Below, in pieces: positions 27,045-36,955 of a stretch of DNA of 62,952 bases. Each line of letters opens with the position of its first letter. Position 1 is the stretch's first letter. Under the pieces are notes generated by a model. The model made no database searches. It worked only from the letters and a program-made list of their open reading frames with translations, and was not told where the DNA came from. This DNA comes from Candidatus Omnitrophota bacterium (GTDB taxonomy: Bacteria > Omnitrophota > Gorgyraeia > Duberdicusellales > 4484-171). Position numbers and translations under genes: made by a program. The DNA is taken from assembly GCA_028692655.1 (NCBI GenBank), contig JAQUWY010000007.1:1-62952 (forward strand). Reading direction: 5' to 3'.

Positions 27045-28510
27045 TTATGGAAAAAATATTTTTCTTTCTTGAACCGCTTGGCGGAACCATAGTTTTATTT
27101 TTTATTACCATACTGATGCTCGTAATGCATATAGTAAGAAAAAATAAGGCTATTTTATTCCTCACGAAAGAAAGAAATCATCTCAATGCCACAATCAACG
27201 ACCTGGATCAGCAGGCTAAATTAATAATCAAAAGCGATATGGAAGTAAAACTTTACCAGCAAGAGATAGAGAGTGAACTTAATAAACTTACTTTGGTAGA
27301 AAACCTCATTCTTTCCTCAATACATATCCTTGACAAAGACAAGCTGCTCCTTCAGGTAGATGAAAAAGTCATAGCTGCTCTTGATTTTAGAAAAAGCCTG
27401 ATACTGGACTTTAAGACCCTAGAGGAAAAAGTAAACATAGGCTTCGAGGCCGCGGAAATAGAGGCAATAAAAAGTATACTCCAGTACAAAAAGGATATCA
27501 TGAAAGATTCCCTTATCGTAAATCAAGATTCTGAAATATATAAACAACTTGCTCTCAGCAGCGGTTTAAAGAATACTCTAATAGCCCCTTTAAAAACTCA
27601 GGAAGAAGTGTACGCGATGCTTATCGTTTCTGAATTAACTAATTCAGCTGAAATAAAAAAATCTCAAAGAGAGGCTTTCCTGATAATCTGCATGTACCTG
27701 GGCCAATGCCTTGAAAATATCCGCCTTTTTGAAAACTTATATGTAGTAAAAGACGACCTGGAAAAAAAGATCAAGGAACGCACCAATGAGCTGGTAAAAA
27801 GTTTGAGGGAAATAGAGGTGATAAGCAAAGCGAAATCGGATTTTATTTCAAGCGTATCTCATGAATTAAGAACACCCCTTACCTCCGTAAAAGGTTTTTC
27901 TTCCCTGCTTGCTGACGAACGCTTCGGAAAACTGCCGCAAGAAGCAAAACAAAGATTGCTGAAAATAGATGAAAATGTAAATAAACTTATGGAAATAGTT
28001 AATACTCTTCTTGACATTTCAAGAATTGAATCAGGAAAAATGGAATTAAAAATATCTACTTTTGATATAGTAAGACTTATCAAAGAGGTAACAGACTTTC
28101 TTTCACCTCAGATAGAAGAAAAAAACCTTCAATTATCGGTAAGCCTGCCCGAAAAAATAAATGTTTTTATGGACAAGAACCTTATAGAGAGGGTATTGAT
28201 AAATATAATAAATAATGCTATAAAATTTACCCCGGAAAAAGGGAAAATTACCGTAAAATGTGAAAAGGGAGCAAATGAAACTACGGTATCTATCGCTGAT
28301 ACCGGCTATGGGATGTCGAAAGAAGATTCGGGGAAGATATTTCAGGAATTCTTCCGGGCCGCTAATCCGGAAAGCAGCAAAGTGAAGGGTACGGGCCTGG
28401 GCCTTTCTCTGGTTAAAAGAATAATTGAAACACATAAAGAGAAAATATGGGTTGAGTCTGAAATAAATAAAGGCACAGTTTTTTATTTTACATTAAAATG
28501 CGCGAATTAA
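27035..28510 (+). CDS. Membrane-anchored sensor histidine kinase
   Basis: SHELRTPL, NNAIKF, DTGYG, GTGLGL; N-terminal TM. Confidence 0.95.
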   Translation: MAIVMEKIFFFLEPLGGTIVLFFITILMLVMHIVRKNKAILFLTKERNHLNATINDLDQQAKLIIKSDMEVKLYQQEIESELNKLTLVENLILSSIHILDKDKLLLQVDEKVIAALDFRKSLILDFKTLEEKVNIGFEAAEIEAIKSILQYKKDIMKDSLIVNQDSEIYKQLALSSGLKNTLIAPLKTQEEVYAMLIVSELTNSAEIKKSQREAFLIICMYLGQCLENIRLFENLYVVKDDLEKKIKERTNELVKSLREIEVISKAKSDFISSVSHELRTPLTSVKGFSSLLADERFGKLPQEAKQRLLKIDENVNKLMEIVNTLLDISRIESGKMELKISTFDIVRLIKEVTDFLSPQIEEKNLQLSVSLPEKINVFMDKNLIERVLINIINNAIKFTPEKGKITVKCEKGANETTVSIADTGYGMSKEDSGKIFQEFFRAANPESSKVKGTGLGLSLVKRIIETHKEKIWVESEINKGTVFYFTLKCAN

Positions 28511-29424
28511 AAATTTTGGTCGTCGATGATGACCCTGACATTTTGGAACTGATAGATGCAACTCTTAAGGAGCAGTTCGAAGTTATTACGGCTTCTGACG
28601 GAAAAGAAGCTATGGAAAAACTGAGAACCGACTCTCCAAATCTTCTGGTTCTCGACTACATGCTGCCCGATATCCAGGGGCCCCAAATATGCAAGGCAAT
28701 ACGCAAAGACACCCTCCTGATGAATGTTCCGATATTGATGCTTACCGGCAAAGGAGAAATAGAAGATAAAGTTTTCGGCTTAGAATCAGGGGCAGATGAT
28801 TATATGCTTAAACCTTTTTCTCCGCAGGAGCTTATTGCCAGGGTAAGAATGTTGATACGCCGCTCCGGAGCCAATTTAGATGCTAATCCTCTGACCCGGC
28901 TGCCGGGAAACGTATCAATAAATAAAGAATTGAGCGAGCAAATAGAAAAAAATAATAAATTTTCCGTTCTCTATATCGATATAGACAACTTCAAAGCACT
29001 TAACGACCACTATGGCTTTGAACAAGGAGATACCGTCATAAAAACAACAGCCAGAATTTTAATAGATGCCATACATCTTAAAGGATCCGTAAACGATTTT
29101 ATCGGCCACATAGGGGGAGACGATTTCGTTATTATTACAAGCCTGGAGCTCGCCGAGGGCATAGCCAAAAAGATAGTTATTGATTTTGATAAAGTTTCGC
29201 CTAAATTTTTTGAAGAAGAAGAAAGGGCAAAAGGATATATAGAGTCAAAGGGAAGAGACGGACAAATTCACAAATTTAGTTTTCCTACCATATCCATAGG
29301 CATTGTTTCTAATCTTAACCGGACATTTACTCATACCGCTCAAATAAGCTCTCTTGGAGCAGAAATGAAGGGCTTAGCCAAAAAGTTTCCGGAAAGTAAG
29401 TACATTTTTGATAAACGCACCTAA
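28498..29424 (+). CDS. Response regulator with GGDEF (GGDDF) diguanylate cyclase domain
   Basis: VVDDD, LDYMLP receiver; DIDNFKALND, GGDDF. Confidence 0.92.
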   Translation: MRELKILVVDDDPDILELIDATLKEQFEVITASDGKEAMEKLRTDSPNLLVLDYMLPDIQGPQICKAIRKDTLLMNVPILMLTGKGEIEDKVFGLESGADDYMLKPFSPQELIARVRMLIRRSGANLDANPLTRLPGNVSINKELSEQIEKNNKFSVLYIDIDNFKALNDHYGFEQGDTVIKTTARILIDAIHLKGSVNDFIGHIGGDDFVIITSLELAEGIAKKIVIDFDKVSPKFFEEEERAKGYIESKGRDGQIHKFSFPTISIGIVSNLNRTFTHTAQISSLGAEMKGLAKKFPESKYIFDKRT

Positions 29425-29474
29425 TTTTAAGCACCTTTTGGGAGCCTCATTCTTATGCCGCGGGCTTTTTCCTT

Positions 29475-29503
29475 TTGCATTCCAAAGAAAAATAGAGTAT
29501 ACT
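29475..29503 (+). promoter_or_regulatory. sigma70-type promoter upstream of MITE-A and tRNA-Leu
   Basis: TTGCAT-N17-TATACT. Confidence 0.6.
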
Positions 29504-29509
29504 TTTATC

Positions 29510-29745
29510 TGTATTATTCAAAAGTTAAGTTTACAGTCTACTCTATAACCGTATCATTTACCGTTAGAGGGTTGTACCTGCCTACCGGTAGGCAGGTAGC
29601 TGGAAACGGCTGTCGTTGAACGTTAATCATCTCTATTCATAAGATTTTATTAACGCAGCCGGCAAACAAATAACGATACGAGTTACGCAACCGTATACCG
29701 TTTGCCTTTACACAAAATATATAAACACATCTCCAGAATTATACA
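29510..29745 (+). mobile_element. MITE copy A (236 bp)
   Basis: TGTATTATTC..GAATTATACA imperfect ~26-bp TIRs; TTTTATC duplicated at 29503-29509 and 29746-29752. Confidence 0.9.
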
Positions 29746-29785
29746 TTTTATCTCTGGCTAAGGTTTTTACAGCTTTATTCTTGCC

Positions 29786-29872
29786 GCGCGGGTGGTGGAA
29801 TTGGCAGACACGTTAGGTTGAGGGCCTAATGGTAGCAATATCATGGGGGTTCAAGTCCCCCCCCGCGCACCA
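29786..29872 (+). tRNA. tRNA-Leu(GAG)
   Basis: GCGCGGG/CCCGCGC acceptor, anticodon arm TTAGG-TTGAGGG-CCTAA, long variable arm, TTCAAGT, encoded CCA. Confidence 0.97.
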
Positions 29873-29914
29873 ATTAATCTAAAAAATGAGGCTACAATAA
29901 ATGCGGTTTTTAAG

Positions 29915-30631
29915 TTAGGCCAGTTCTAAATTTCCCCAAAGAAATATTTCACCTTCAAAAATAATAAGTAAACCTTCCACAAAAGGGTTTGTTGTAATGC
30001 AAGAAAACACTTCTTTTATATCTTTTCTCTGCTTGATCTGATTAGACAAAGATGTCGCTAAAGCATCAGCGACAGTTGCCCCGCTGGATAAAACCGTCAC
30101 TAAATCTGCCCTGCCGAAATTAAGGCTGTGCCCAATATGAGCCGAAGAAGAAGCAAGGCCAAAAGAACAGTCTCTGCTTTTTATTTTCAGTTTTATAACC
30201 TCCGGTTCAAAACATCTTCCGGCATAGACTCCTATTATTTTGTCCTCGTTGATCTTTAAGAATATATCTCCTCCGTTTTCTATGATTATCTCCTGAGAAA
30301 ACAAACTTAGCCTTAACCCTGTTTCTTCGGCAATAGCGCCGGCAACTGAAGCAAATGGGCCTATATTGGCAATCCTGGAAGCAGCAAGCATTTTTTGGAT
30401 GATAACCGCAGCGTTTTTATTTTCCCTAAGAGGGGAAAGGGAGGTTAAAAATTCGGGGTTGGACTTTGCATAATTTTCAATAACTTCGTAGCAATTAACG
30501 AGAACCTTCTTGGCTGACTCCTGGTCTATTTCCTCCTTTGAGCAGATAAGAAGATCGCTTTCTTGGAAACCTATCTCTAACTTATAATTTGCTTTGATTG
30601 TATCACGGTAAGACCGTTCTTCGTATGTCAT
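29915..30631 (-). CDS. UPF0280/ApbE-like protein
   Basis: GPFASVAGAIAE, ENGGDIF, GHSLNFGRAD. Confidence 0.88.
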   Translation of the reverse strand: MTYEERSYRDTIKANYKLEIGFQESDLLICSKEEIDQESAKKVLVNCYEVIENYAKSNPEFLTSLSPLRENKNAAVIIQKMLAASRIANIGPFASVAGAIAEETGLRLSLFSQEIIIENGGDIFLKINEDKIIGVYAGRCFEPEVIKLKIKSRDCSFGLASSSAHIGHSLNFGRADLVTVLSSGATVADALATSLSNQIKQRKDIKEVFSCITTNPFVEGLLIIFEGEIFLWGNLELA

Positions 30632-30715
30632 AAATGATAGCTTTTACTACTTCGGCGCTGATTTATGCAAATGTCAGTGAATACGGCCTGCTGGATTCGC
30701 CAAAACCGGGACCGG

Positions 30716-31354
30716 CTATTTTTGATAGTCTAAAACCACCACTTTTTTGAAAGTATTTACGTTTTCAGATGAAAGCTCTAAGTATCTCTCCTGCTGATAA
30801 TCTCTGCCTTTTAAGAATTCCTCGACTCCGGAAATATCAAAATCAATTTCGGGTGTCTTGTAGTGCATTGGTATTGAAATCCGGGGAGAAATATTTTCGA
30901 TTAATTTTACGGCTTCGGGGGCATCTATTGTAAAGGTTCCCCCCACAGGTACAAAAGCCACATCGATTCCTTTTAGCCTGGAATAATCTAAATCCAGAGT
31001 TCCTAGGTCTCCAAAGTGAGCAATCTTTAAGCCTTCGGCTTCGATTACAAAAATTATATTTTTCCCTCTTTGCCGGCCGCAGACCTTATCGTGATAAGAA
31101 TCAATACCTTCAACCTTTATGTTTTCTATATTATTTATACCGGCAGAGTTGATTATACATAAACATTTAAAATTTTCTATATAACAATGGTCTAAGTGGG
31201 AATGAGAAATTGTTACTATATCAGGACGAACATTTACAGGTTTATATCTTAAGGCACCGCCATAGCTGCCCGATTCATAAGGGTCGGTAATAACCTTAAA
31301 GCCTGATTTGGTTTCAATTAAAAAACAGGAGTGCCCCATCCAGCTTATTCTCAT
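30716..31354 (-). CDS. MBL-fold metallo-hydrolase
   Basis: GHSCF, SHSHLDH, HFGDLG, PMHY. Confidence 0.92.
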   Translation of the reverse strand: MRISWMGHSCFLIETKSGFKVITDPYESGSYGGALRYKPVNVRPDIVTISHSHLDHCYIENFKCLCIINSAGINNIENIKVEGIDSYHDKVCGRQRGKNIIFVIEAEGLKIAHFGDLGTLDLDYSRLKGIDVAFVPVGGTFTIDAPEAVKLIENISPRISIPMHYKTPEIDFDISGVEEFLKGRDYQQERYLELSSENVNTFKKVVVLDYQK

Positions 31355-31398
31355 TATCGCGCTTCTCCATTTTCTAAACTGGTTTTCTAAATTATCAA

Positions 31399-32082
31399 TT
31401 ATCCGTCATCAATTATTCTCTCTAGGATTTCGCGTGATACGCCAATATCCGCCACGAATATCTCGCCGCACATTTTGGGCCCCTTGTTTAAAAAAAATCC
31501 TTTCTTGGCGCCGATAAAAGTTATAGTATAATCCGCTCTGATGCTTTCCCCCTGGATAGTGCCTTCCTGAGCCGAAAGGCCGCTGGGGACATCACAGGAA
31601 ATTATTTTTTTCCCGCTTGAGTTTATTATGCCTATAACTTCCTGAGAAAATGCATCAGCCTTACCTTTGAGCCCTATTCCGAAAATACCTTCAAGAATAA
31701 AATCACAGGTATTAAGCATCTCTCTTAAAAGCCGGGTATTATCTTTTTTAATAGAGTTTATTTTTATACCACAGCCCTCAAGCGCCCGCTTCTGCCAAAA
31801 GGCTTCTTCCTTTAATGGCCTCTCTTCCAAGACAGCTATCTCTTCCTCCATGCCCCGGGAGGCCATTTTCCTGGCACAGCTTAACACGTCTGCTCCGTTG
31901 TTACCCCTTCCCGAAACAACCAAGGCTTTTTTGCCTAATCTCAGGCTCTCAATAATACAGAAAAGGTTGCTTGAAGCATTTTCTATTAGCTCTCTTTCGC
32001 TAAAACCGATTTTCTTTGCCGCACGGTCAAGTTCTTTTACCTGTTGAACATCTAATGGATATTTGCCGGAGTAATTTTTCAT
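31399..32082 (-). CDS. nnrE: NAD(P)H-hydrate epimerase (stand-alone YjeF N-terminal domain)
   Basis: LIENA, GRGNNGAD, DVPSG, VADIG. Confidence 0.88.
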   Translation of the reverse strand: MKNYSGKYPLDVQQVKELDRAAKKIGFSERELIENASSNLFCIIESLRLGKKALVVSGRGNNGADVLSCARKMASRGMEEEIAVLEERPLKEEAFWQKRALEGCGIKINSIKKDNTRLLREMLNTCDFILEGIFGIGLKGKADAFSQEVIGIINSSGKKIISCDVPSGLSAQEGTIQGESIRADYTITFIGAKKGFFLNKGPKMCGEIFVADIGVSREILERIIDDG

Positions 32083-32155
32083 TTTTAAGCAGTTTTACGC
32101 AAAACGAGGTTTTTAAAAACTGGGGAAGGATTACTTTCTAAACACAAAGCCTATA

Positions 32156-33127
32156 TTAATGAGTCTCATTTCTTCTGCCTCGTTTTTTAAACAGGCCTAA
32201 GAATTTATCCTCATACTCTTTGTATACATTCCAATGATCAAGCTCACCCTTAAGCTGATTAGCCACTCCAATATCTTTCTCAGTTTTTTTGAATAAATCC
32301 TCTATTTTTTCCCGGGCTGACTGAGGAAGCTTGGTATAGGCGGCTAGATCCTTTTTTATTTTATCTATATCCTCTTCGCTTAAGGGGCTGGGGCCGGGCT
32401 GAGGAGATTCTCCTTTAAGGTAACTTATAAGCTTATCTATCTCTTCTTCTATAAATTTGCTTCTTTGGATTATAGAGTCAAGATTCAAATTGAGCTTGAA
32501 ATATTTACTTAAAACCTGCAATATCCCGGCAGTAGCTTTGGGGTTTTCTATCTGAACCATATAAAATGGTATTTCGCCCAAAAGGCAAAATCCTGAGATT
32601 TTTTTCTTTTTTCCTACCCCAAGTATTATGCCGTTAAGGCCGCTGATTTGTCCCGAAGGTAACGTTTTCGCACCTATCTTTTCAAGCTCTGCCAAAAGGC
32701 TGCTGGTGGTGGCAGACGCCCATATTTTAGATTCACTGCGATGCTCAAGCGGTTCCGGTTTGGCAGCGAAAGTGCAGATGGTTTTAGCTTTGTATTTCTT
32801 TATAAAATTAATAATATGCAAAGAAAAGGCTTCAGCGTATTCTAAAGGGGGCTGGACCTCACCCAATAAAAGGATTATATCAGGAGAGTTTTTCCCTTTA
32901 TAATAATAGAAAAATCCTGCGGGGGCTGTAGGTATATCAAGTATTCCTTTATTAACTACAACGGCTGCCGGCTTGAAAAATTGTCCGGTCTCCAGCTTAG
33001 CAAATACTTTAAAGCTTAAGGCCTCTTTCAGAAAAAGAGCGCTTCTATATGCTACTTCACCCATTCCTGGCCAAGCAGCAATAAAAATTGGATCTTTTAG
33101 TTTTGGAGATGATATCTCTTTAATCAT
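32156..33127 (-). CDS. PAC2 family protein
   Basis: WPGMGEV, GQISGLNG, CLLGEIP. Confidence 0.85.
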   Translation of the reverse strand: MIKEISSPKLKDPIFIAAWPGMGEVAYRSALFLKEALSFKVFAKLETGQFFKPAAVVVNKGILDIPTAPAGFFYYYKGKNSPDIILLLGEVQPPLEYAEAFSLHIINFIKKYKAKTICTFAAKPEPLEHRSESKIWASATTSSLLAELEKIGAKTLPSGQISGLNGIILGVGKKKKISGFCLLGEIPFYMVQIENPKATAGILQVLSKYFKLNLNLDSIIQRSKFIEEEIDKLISYLKGESPQPGPSPLSEEDIDKIKKDLAAYTKLPQSAREKIEDLFKKTEKDIGVANQLKGELDHWNVYKEYEDKFLGLFKKRGRRNETH

Positions 33128-33215
33128 TTTTGCCTCAAATACATAGCTATTGCTTTAAACTTTACCATAATCACCATAAAAAACAAGCAAAAAACTTCTC
33201 TTGGTTTTTACCCCT

Positions 33216-34466
33216 TCACTTGGACGGCATAGCCTTATTGAGCGATTCAAGAAATTCCTTAAGTTTTTTTTCTGAACCAACGTCTTTGGGGTAATAGTAT
33301 TTCCGGCTTACACCGTAATCCTGCTTAATGAAACCTCCAAAATCATGAGGATACTTGTAATCTTTGGAGTGAGTCTTTATATGATCGGGGACTTCCTTAA
33401 CCGCTTCATCTTCTACACTGCTTAACGCTTTCTTTATAGCCAGACAAGCAGAATTAGACTTCAAGGAAGCTGCCAGATAGATAACTGTTTGGGCTAAAAT
33501 CAAGCCGGACTCGGGCATCCCGATAACCTCAACAGCCTTAAAACAGTTAGCCGCCAGCACAAGCGCAAAAGGATTGGCATTGCCGATATCTTCAGAGGCT
33601 AGAATAATCAGGCGCCGGGCAATAAACCTGGGGTCCTCACCAGCCTTAAGCATCTTTGCCAGCCAGTATAAGGCGCCATCAACATCGCTGCCTCGAATTG
33701 ATTTTATAAAGGCCGATATGGTATCATAATGGTAGCCGCCTGCCTTATCATAAAGAACTTTCTTTTGAACGCTGTTTTTTGCCAAGTCTAAGTCAAAAAC
33801 TACTCTTTCGCCAGGTAAAACCTTAGAACTTAAAACTCCTATTTCCAGGGCATTCAAAGCACTTCTGGCGTCTCCGCCGCAAACTTCAGCAATATAATTT
33901 AGAGCCTCATCTTTTATTTTGAGATCAAAACTCCCTATGCCTCGTTCCTTATCCCGGCAGGCCTTTTTGAGCAACTCTACAATATCTGCCTGGCTCAAAG
34001 GCTTAAATTGCACAACAATGGAACGGGAAATAAGAGAAGGTATCAAGTAATAGGAAGGGTTATGAATGGTCGCACCTACTAAGGTTATACTGCCGGTTTC
34101 AGTATCGGGAACCAAAGCCTCCTGCTGTAATTTATTAAACCTGTGGAATTCATCTATAAAAATAGTTGTTTTACGGCCGGTCTCGGACAAATTTTTTTTT
34201 GCTTTGGCAAGAACTTTTTTTACCTCACCCACCGAGGAAAAAGCAGCATTAAGATATTCGAAGTCGGAAGCCAGCTCTTTAGATATTACCAGGCCTAAAC
34301 TAGTTTTGCCGCTTCCTGGCGGGCCCCAGGCAATCAAAGAAGGCAGCCGGCGGGCAAAAATTGCCCTTTTCAATATTTTCCCGGTAGATAAAATATGGTT
34401 CTGGCCGACAAACTCTTCCAAGTTTTGGGGCCGCATTCGAAGGGCTAAGGGGATCTCTTTATGCAT
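33216..34466 (-). CDS. rarA: Replication-associated recombination protein A
   Basis: PLALRMRP, GPPGSGKT, SAFIKSIRGSD, ASEDIG. Confidence 0.95.
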   Translation of the reverse strand: MHKEIPLALRMRPQNLEEFVGQNHILSTGKILKRAIFARRLPSLIAWGPPGSGKTSLGLVISKELASDFEYLNAAFSSVGEVKKVLAKAKKNLSETGRKTTIFIDEFHRFNKLQQEALVPDTETGSITLVGATIHNPSYYLIPSLISRSIVVQFKPLSQADIVELLKKACRDKERGIGSFDLKIKDEALNYIAEVCGGDARSALNALEIGVLSSKVLPGERVVFDLDLAKNSVQKKVLYDKAGGYHYDTISAFIKSIRGSDVDGALYWLAKMLKAGEDPRFIARRLIILASEDIGNANPFALVLAANCFKAVEVIGMPESGLILAQTVIYLAASLKSNSACLAIKKALSSVEDEAVKEVPDHIKTHSKDYKYPHDFGGFIKQDYGVSRKYYYPKDVGSEKKLKEFLESLNKAMPSK

Positions 34467-34590
34467 ATTTCTTTAGTTTGTAAAATGAAGGGGGTTTTTC
34501 CGCAAAAGCAGAATCCCGCTGAATAAATACTTCCAAGGGCGGGAAATTCGATCTAGCATTTTTTCCGAAAAATGCTGATCTCATTAAAAT

Positions 34591-34752
34591 AAAACCCCGC
34601 CATGAGTCCGTCACAGGTTGACGCTATCAGTCCTTTCCTCATACAAGTGGGGGCTTCATCTTAACCCTTTACGGGAAAAGAGAATTCAGCTCCCTTGAGT
34701 CTGTTATTAGCTGTAGCGCTCTTACCTGCCAACGCGACAGGCAGGGTTACTT
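34591..34752 (-). ncRNA. ssrS: Probable 6S RNA
   Basis: Downstream of pheT; 5' ACCCTGCC pairs with 3' GGCGGGGT closing a ~160-nt rod; own promoter. Confidence 0.7.
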
Positions 34753-34760
34753 TCATCTTT

Positions 34761-34789
34761 ATTGTAACATTTGTTTTCTGTATTTTCAA
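34761..34789 (-). promoter_or_regulatory. sigma70-type promoter of the 6S-like RNA
   Basis: TTGAAA-N17-TACAAT. Confidence 0.65.
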
Positions 34790-34838
34790 GAAAGCCCCGG
34801 AGCACTGCGAAAACGTTTTCGCTAAACCAAACTCAACC

Positions 34839-36839
34839 TCAGCGTAGCACCACACCCTTGTAAGAGCTTAACGCCTTCCTGATATCATTATGAAAAAAAT
34901 CTACCTCCTCAGAAGAAAGGGTTTTTTCTGGAGATTGGTAAAAAATCCTTAAGGTAAACGCAGATTGATTTGAAGGTATATTTTTGTCTTTATATACATC
35001 TACAACTTGTAAATCGCTTAAATAATTTACTTTGCTGCGAATGATTTTTTCTATTTCCTTAAACCTTACATCGCGGCACAAAGCAATGCTTATATCTCGG
35101 CTCACAACAGGATAAGCGCTGAACTGTTTAAAAAACGCTTGTGAACTTTTTTTCTGTAAAGAACCTGCGTTAATTTGGCAAAAAAATACTTCCCCTTTTA
35201 GATCAAAGTCTTTTTTTACCGCTTGGTCTAACTTCCCCACAAATCCCAGAACATCTTCTCCAACGCATAGCGCTAAAGAATTGGTAAAATTATCCATCTC
35301 GGCCTCTTTGAAGTAATAGCCTTCTATATTCAAAAACTTCATTAATAATTCTACGGAACCTTTAAGCAGAAAAAAATCCTGGTTATTTCCTCCAAAAGCC
35401 AAAGCCAGCGACGGGATTTCCAAAAACCCGCTTTTTCCCAGCCCGTAGGTATCGGCTAATTCAAAAAACTTTAATTCATTCATGCCCCTGTTGAAATTAT
35501 GCCGGAGGCACCCCAGCATACCGGAAAGTAAACTTGGGCGCAGGCTGGCTTCCTGCTTGCGTAGGGGATTTATAATTCGCACAGTCGCCTCTTCTTGAAG
35601 CCGGGCGAGATCTTCTTTGGATTCAACACTGTAGGTCACTATCTCCTTAAACCCAAGCAAAGCCGCATAATCCTTTAGCTTGTTATTAAAACAATAACTC
35701 TGTTGGCCGCCGGCTTGAATTTTGGCACAAGCTGACGCTGGCAGAAATGGTATCCTGGACGGTATCTTGTCATACCCAAAAATACGGGATACTTCCTCGT
35801 AAACATCGACTTCTTTTCCAATGTCAAACCTCAACCGTGGAGGCATAATCGAAAAAACCTTGCTCGAAACTTCTCGAACCCTGCACCCCAAGGAAACAAG
35901 AATCTTTTTCACCTTTGCTTTTGGATACATAAGACCTAGATAACCTGAAAGCTTATCCAAATCCAAAATTATTTCTTTCCTTTTCGCCGCCGGTTTTTTC
36001 CCCGAAAAGCAACCGCCTGCGTAAATTCCGGAACATTTTTTTACCATAAGGAATGCGGCCTCTCGGCAAGCACACTCTAAATTGTCTGAAGACACCATTC
36101 TCTCGAACCGGTAGGAAGCTTCCGTATCAAGGCCGGCCGCACGGCGCGACCGCCGTACCGTAAGAGGAGAGAAAACAGCCGCTTCTAAAAAAACATTTTT
36201 AGTCTGGCTGGTAACTTCTGTATTTTTTGACCCCATAACTCCTGCCAAAGCAATAACTTTTTTATCATCAGCAATAACAAGATTCTGGCCGGTTAATTCT
36301 CTCTCCTTATCGTCAATGCCCAGGAATATCTCTCCTTTTCTGGCCCGTCGCACACAAACATTGCCTTCTATCTTATCTTCATCAAAAGCATGCAGGGGAT
36401 TACCCCATTTGAGCATGCAATAATTAGTTATATCTACTACATTGTTTACCGAAGTTAAACCACAATTAGCAAGAAACTGCTGCACTTTTAGGTCGCCTGG
36501 AGCAACCTTGGCCTGCCGCAGTACTTTGGCTATATAGTAAGGGCAATCCTGGCTGTCTTCTATCTTTATTGAACGAGCCTTATAAATTTTACCGGTTAAA
36601 GCAGGCGGTTCTTTGAGCTTTAATTTCTTGCCTAAAACTGCCGCTATCTCCCGGCTAATGCCCGTAATCGAAAGCCAATCGTAGCGGTTAGTAGTAACTT
36701 CTATATCAAAAACCCAGTCGCTGCCTAGTTTTTGCAAACTCTCAACTTCCATGCCAGCCATAGTCAAAACTTGAGACAGCCTTTCGGGCTCTATTTTGAT
36801 ATCTAAAAATTCTTTTATAAAATTTAAACTAAACCTCAT
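34839..36839 (-). CDS. pheT: Phenylalanyl-tRNA synthetase beta subunit (short form)
   Basis: DIEVTTNRYD, NNVVDITNY, HAFD, DVYEEV; start moved to MRFS behind AAGGAG. Confidence 0.96.
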   Translation of the reverse strand: MRFSLNFIKEFLDIKIEPERLSQVLTMAGMEVESLQKLGSDWVFDIEVTTNRYDWLSITGISREIAAVLGKKLKLKEPPALTGKIYKARSIKIEDSQDCPYYIAKVLRQAKVAPGDLKVQQFLANCGLTSVNNVVDITNYCMLKWGNPLHAFDEDKIEGNVCVRRARKGEIFLGIDDKERELTGQNLVIADDKKVIALAGVMGSKNTEVTSQTKNVFLEAAVFSPLTVRRSRRAAGLDTEASYRFERMVSSDNLECACREAAFLMVKKCSGIYAGGCFSGKKPAAKRKEIILDLDKLSGYLGLMYPKAKVKKILVSLGCRVREVSSKVFSIMPPRLRFDIGKEVDVYEEVSRIFGYDKIPSRIPFLPASACAKIQAGGQQSYCFNNKLKDYAALLGFKEIVTYSVESKEDLARLQEEATVRIINPLRKQEASLRPSLLSGMLGCLRHNFNRGMNELKFFELADTYGLGKSGFLEIPSLALAFGGNNQDFFLLKGSVELLMKFLNIEGYYFKEAEMDNFTNSLALCVGEDVLGFVGKLDQAVKKDFDLKGEVFFCQINAGSLQKKSSQAFFKQFSAYPVVSRDISIALCRDVRFKEIEKIIRSKVNYLSDLQVVDVYKDKNIPSNQSAFTLRIFYQSPEKTLSSEEVDFFHNDIRKALSSYKGVVLR

Positions 36840-36868
36840 ACGTCGCTTCCACTCCTTCACACTGATGG

Positions 36869-36952
36869 CCGCAGACAAATATTGCAGACAGCCACAGATA
36901 AAAAACAACATTTGTAATCATCGGCGTTCTTTAGTGTCTGTGAACATCTGCG
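36869..36952. repeat. CAGAT/ATCTG degenerate hairpin element, copy 3
   Basis: cgcagac..tgcagac..cacagat facing gtctgtgaacatctgcg. Confidence 0.7.
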
Positions 36953-36955
36953 ATA

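Noticed and set aside
36840-36911. N-terminal extension of PheT
   Set aside because: Derived from hairpin copy 3; RBS supports MRFS
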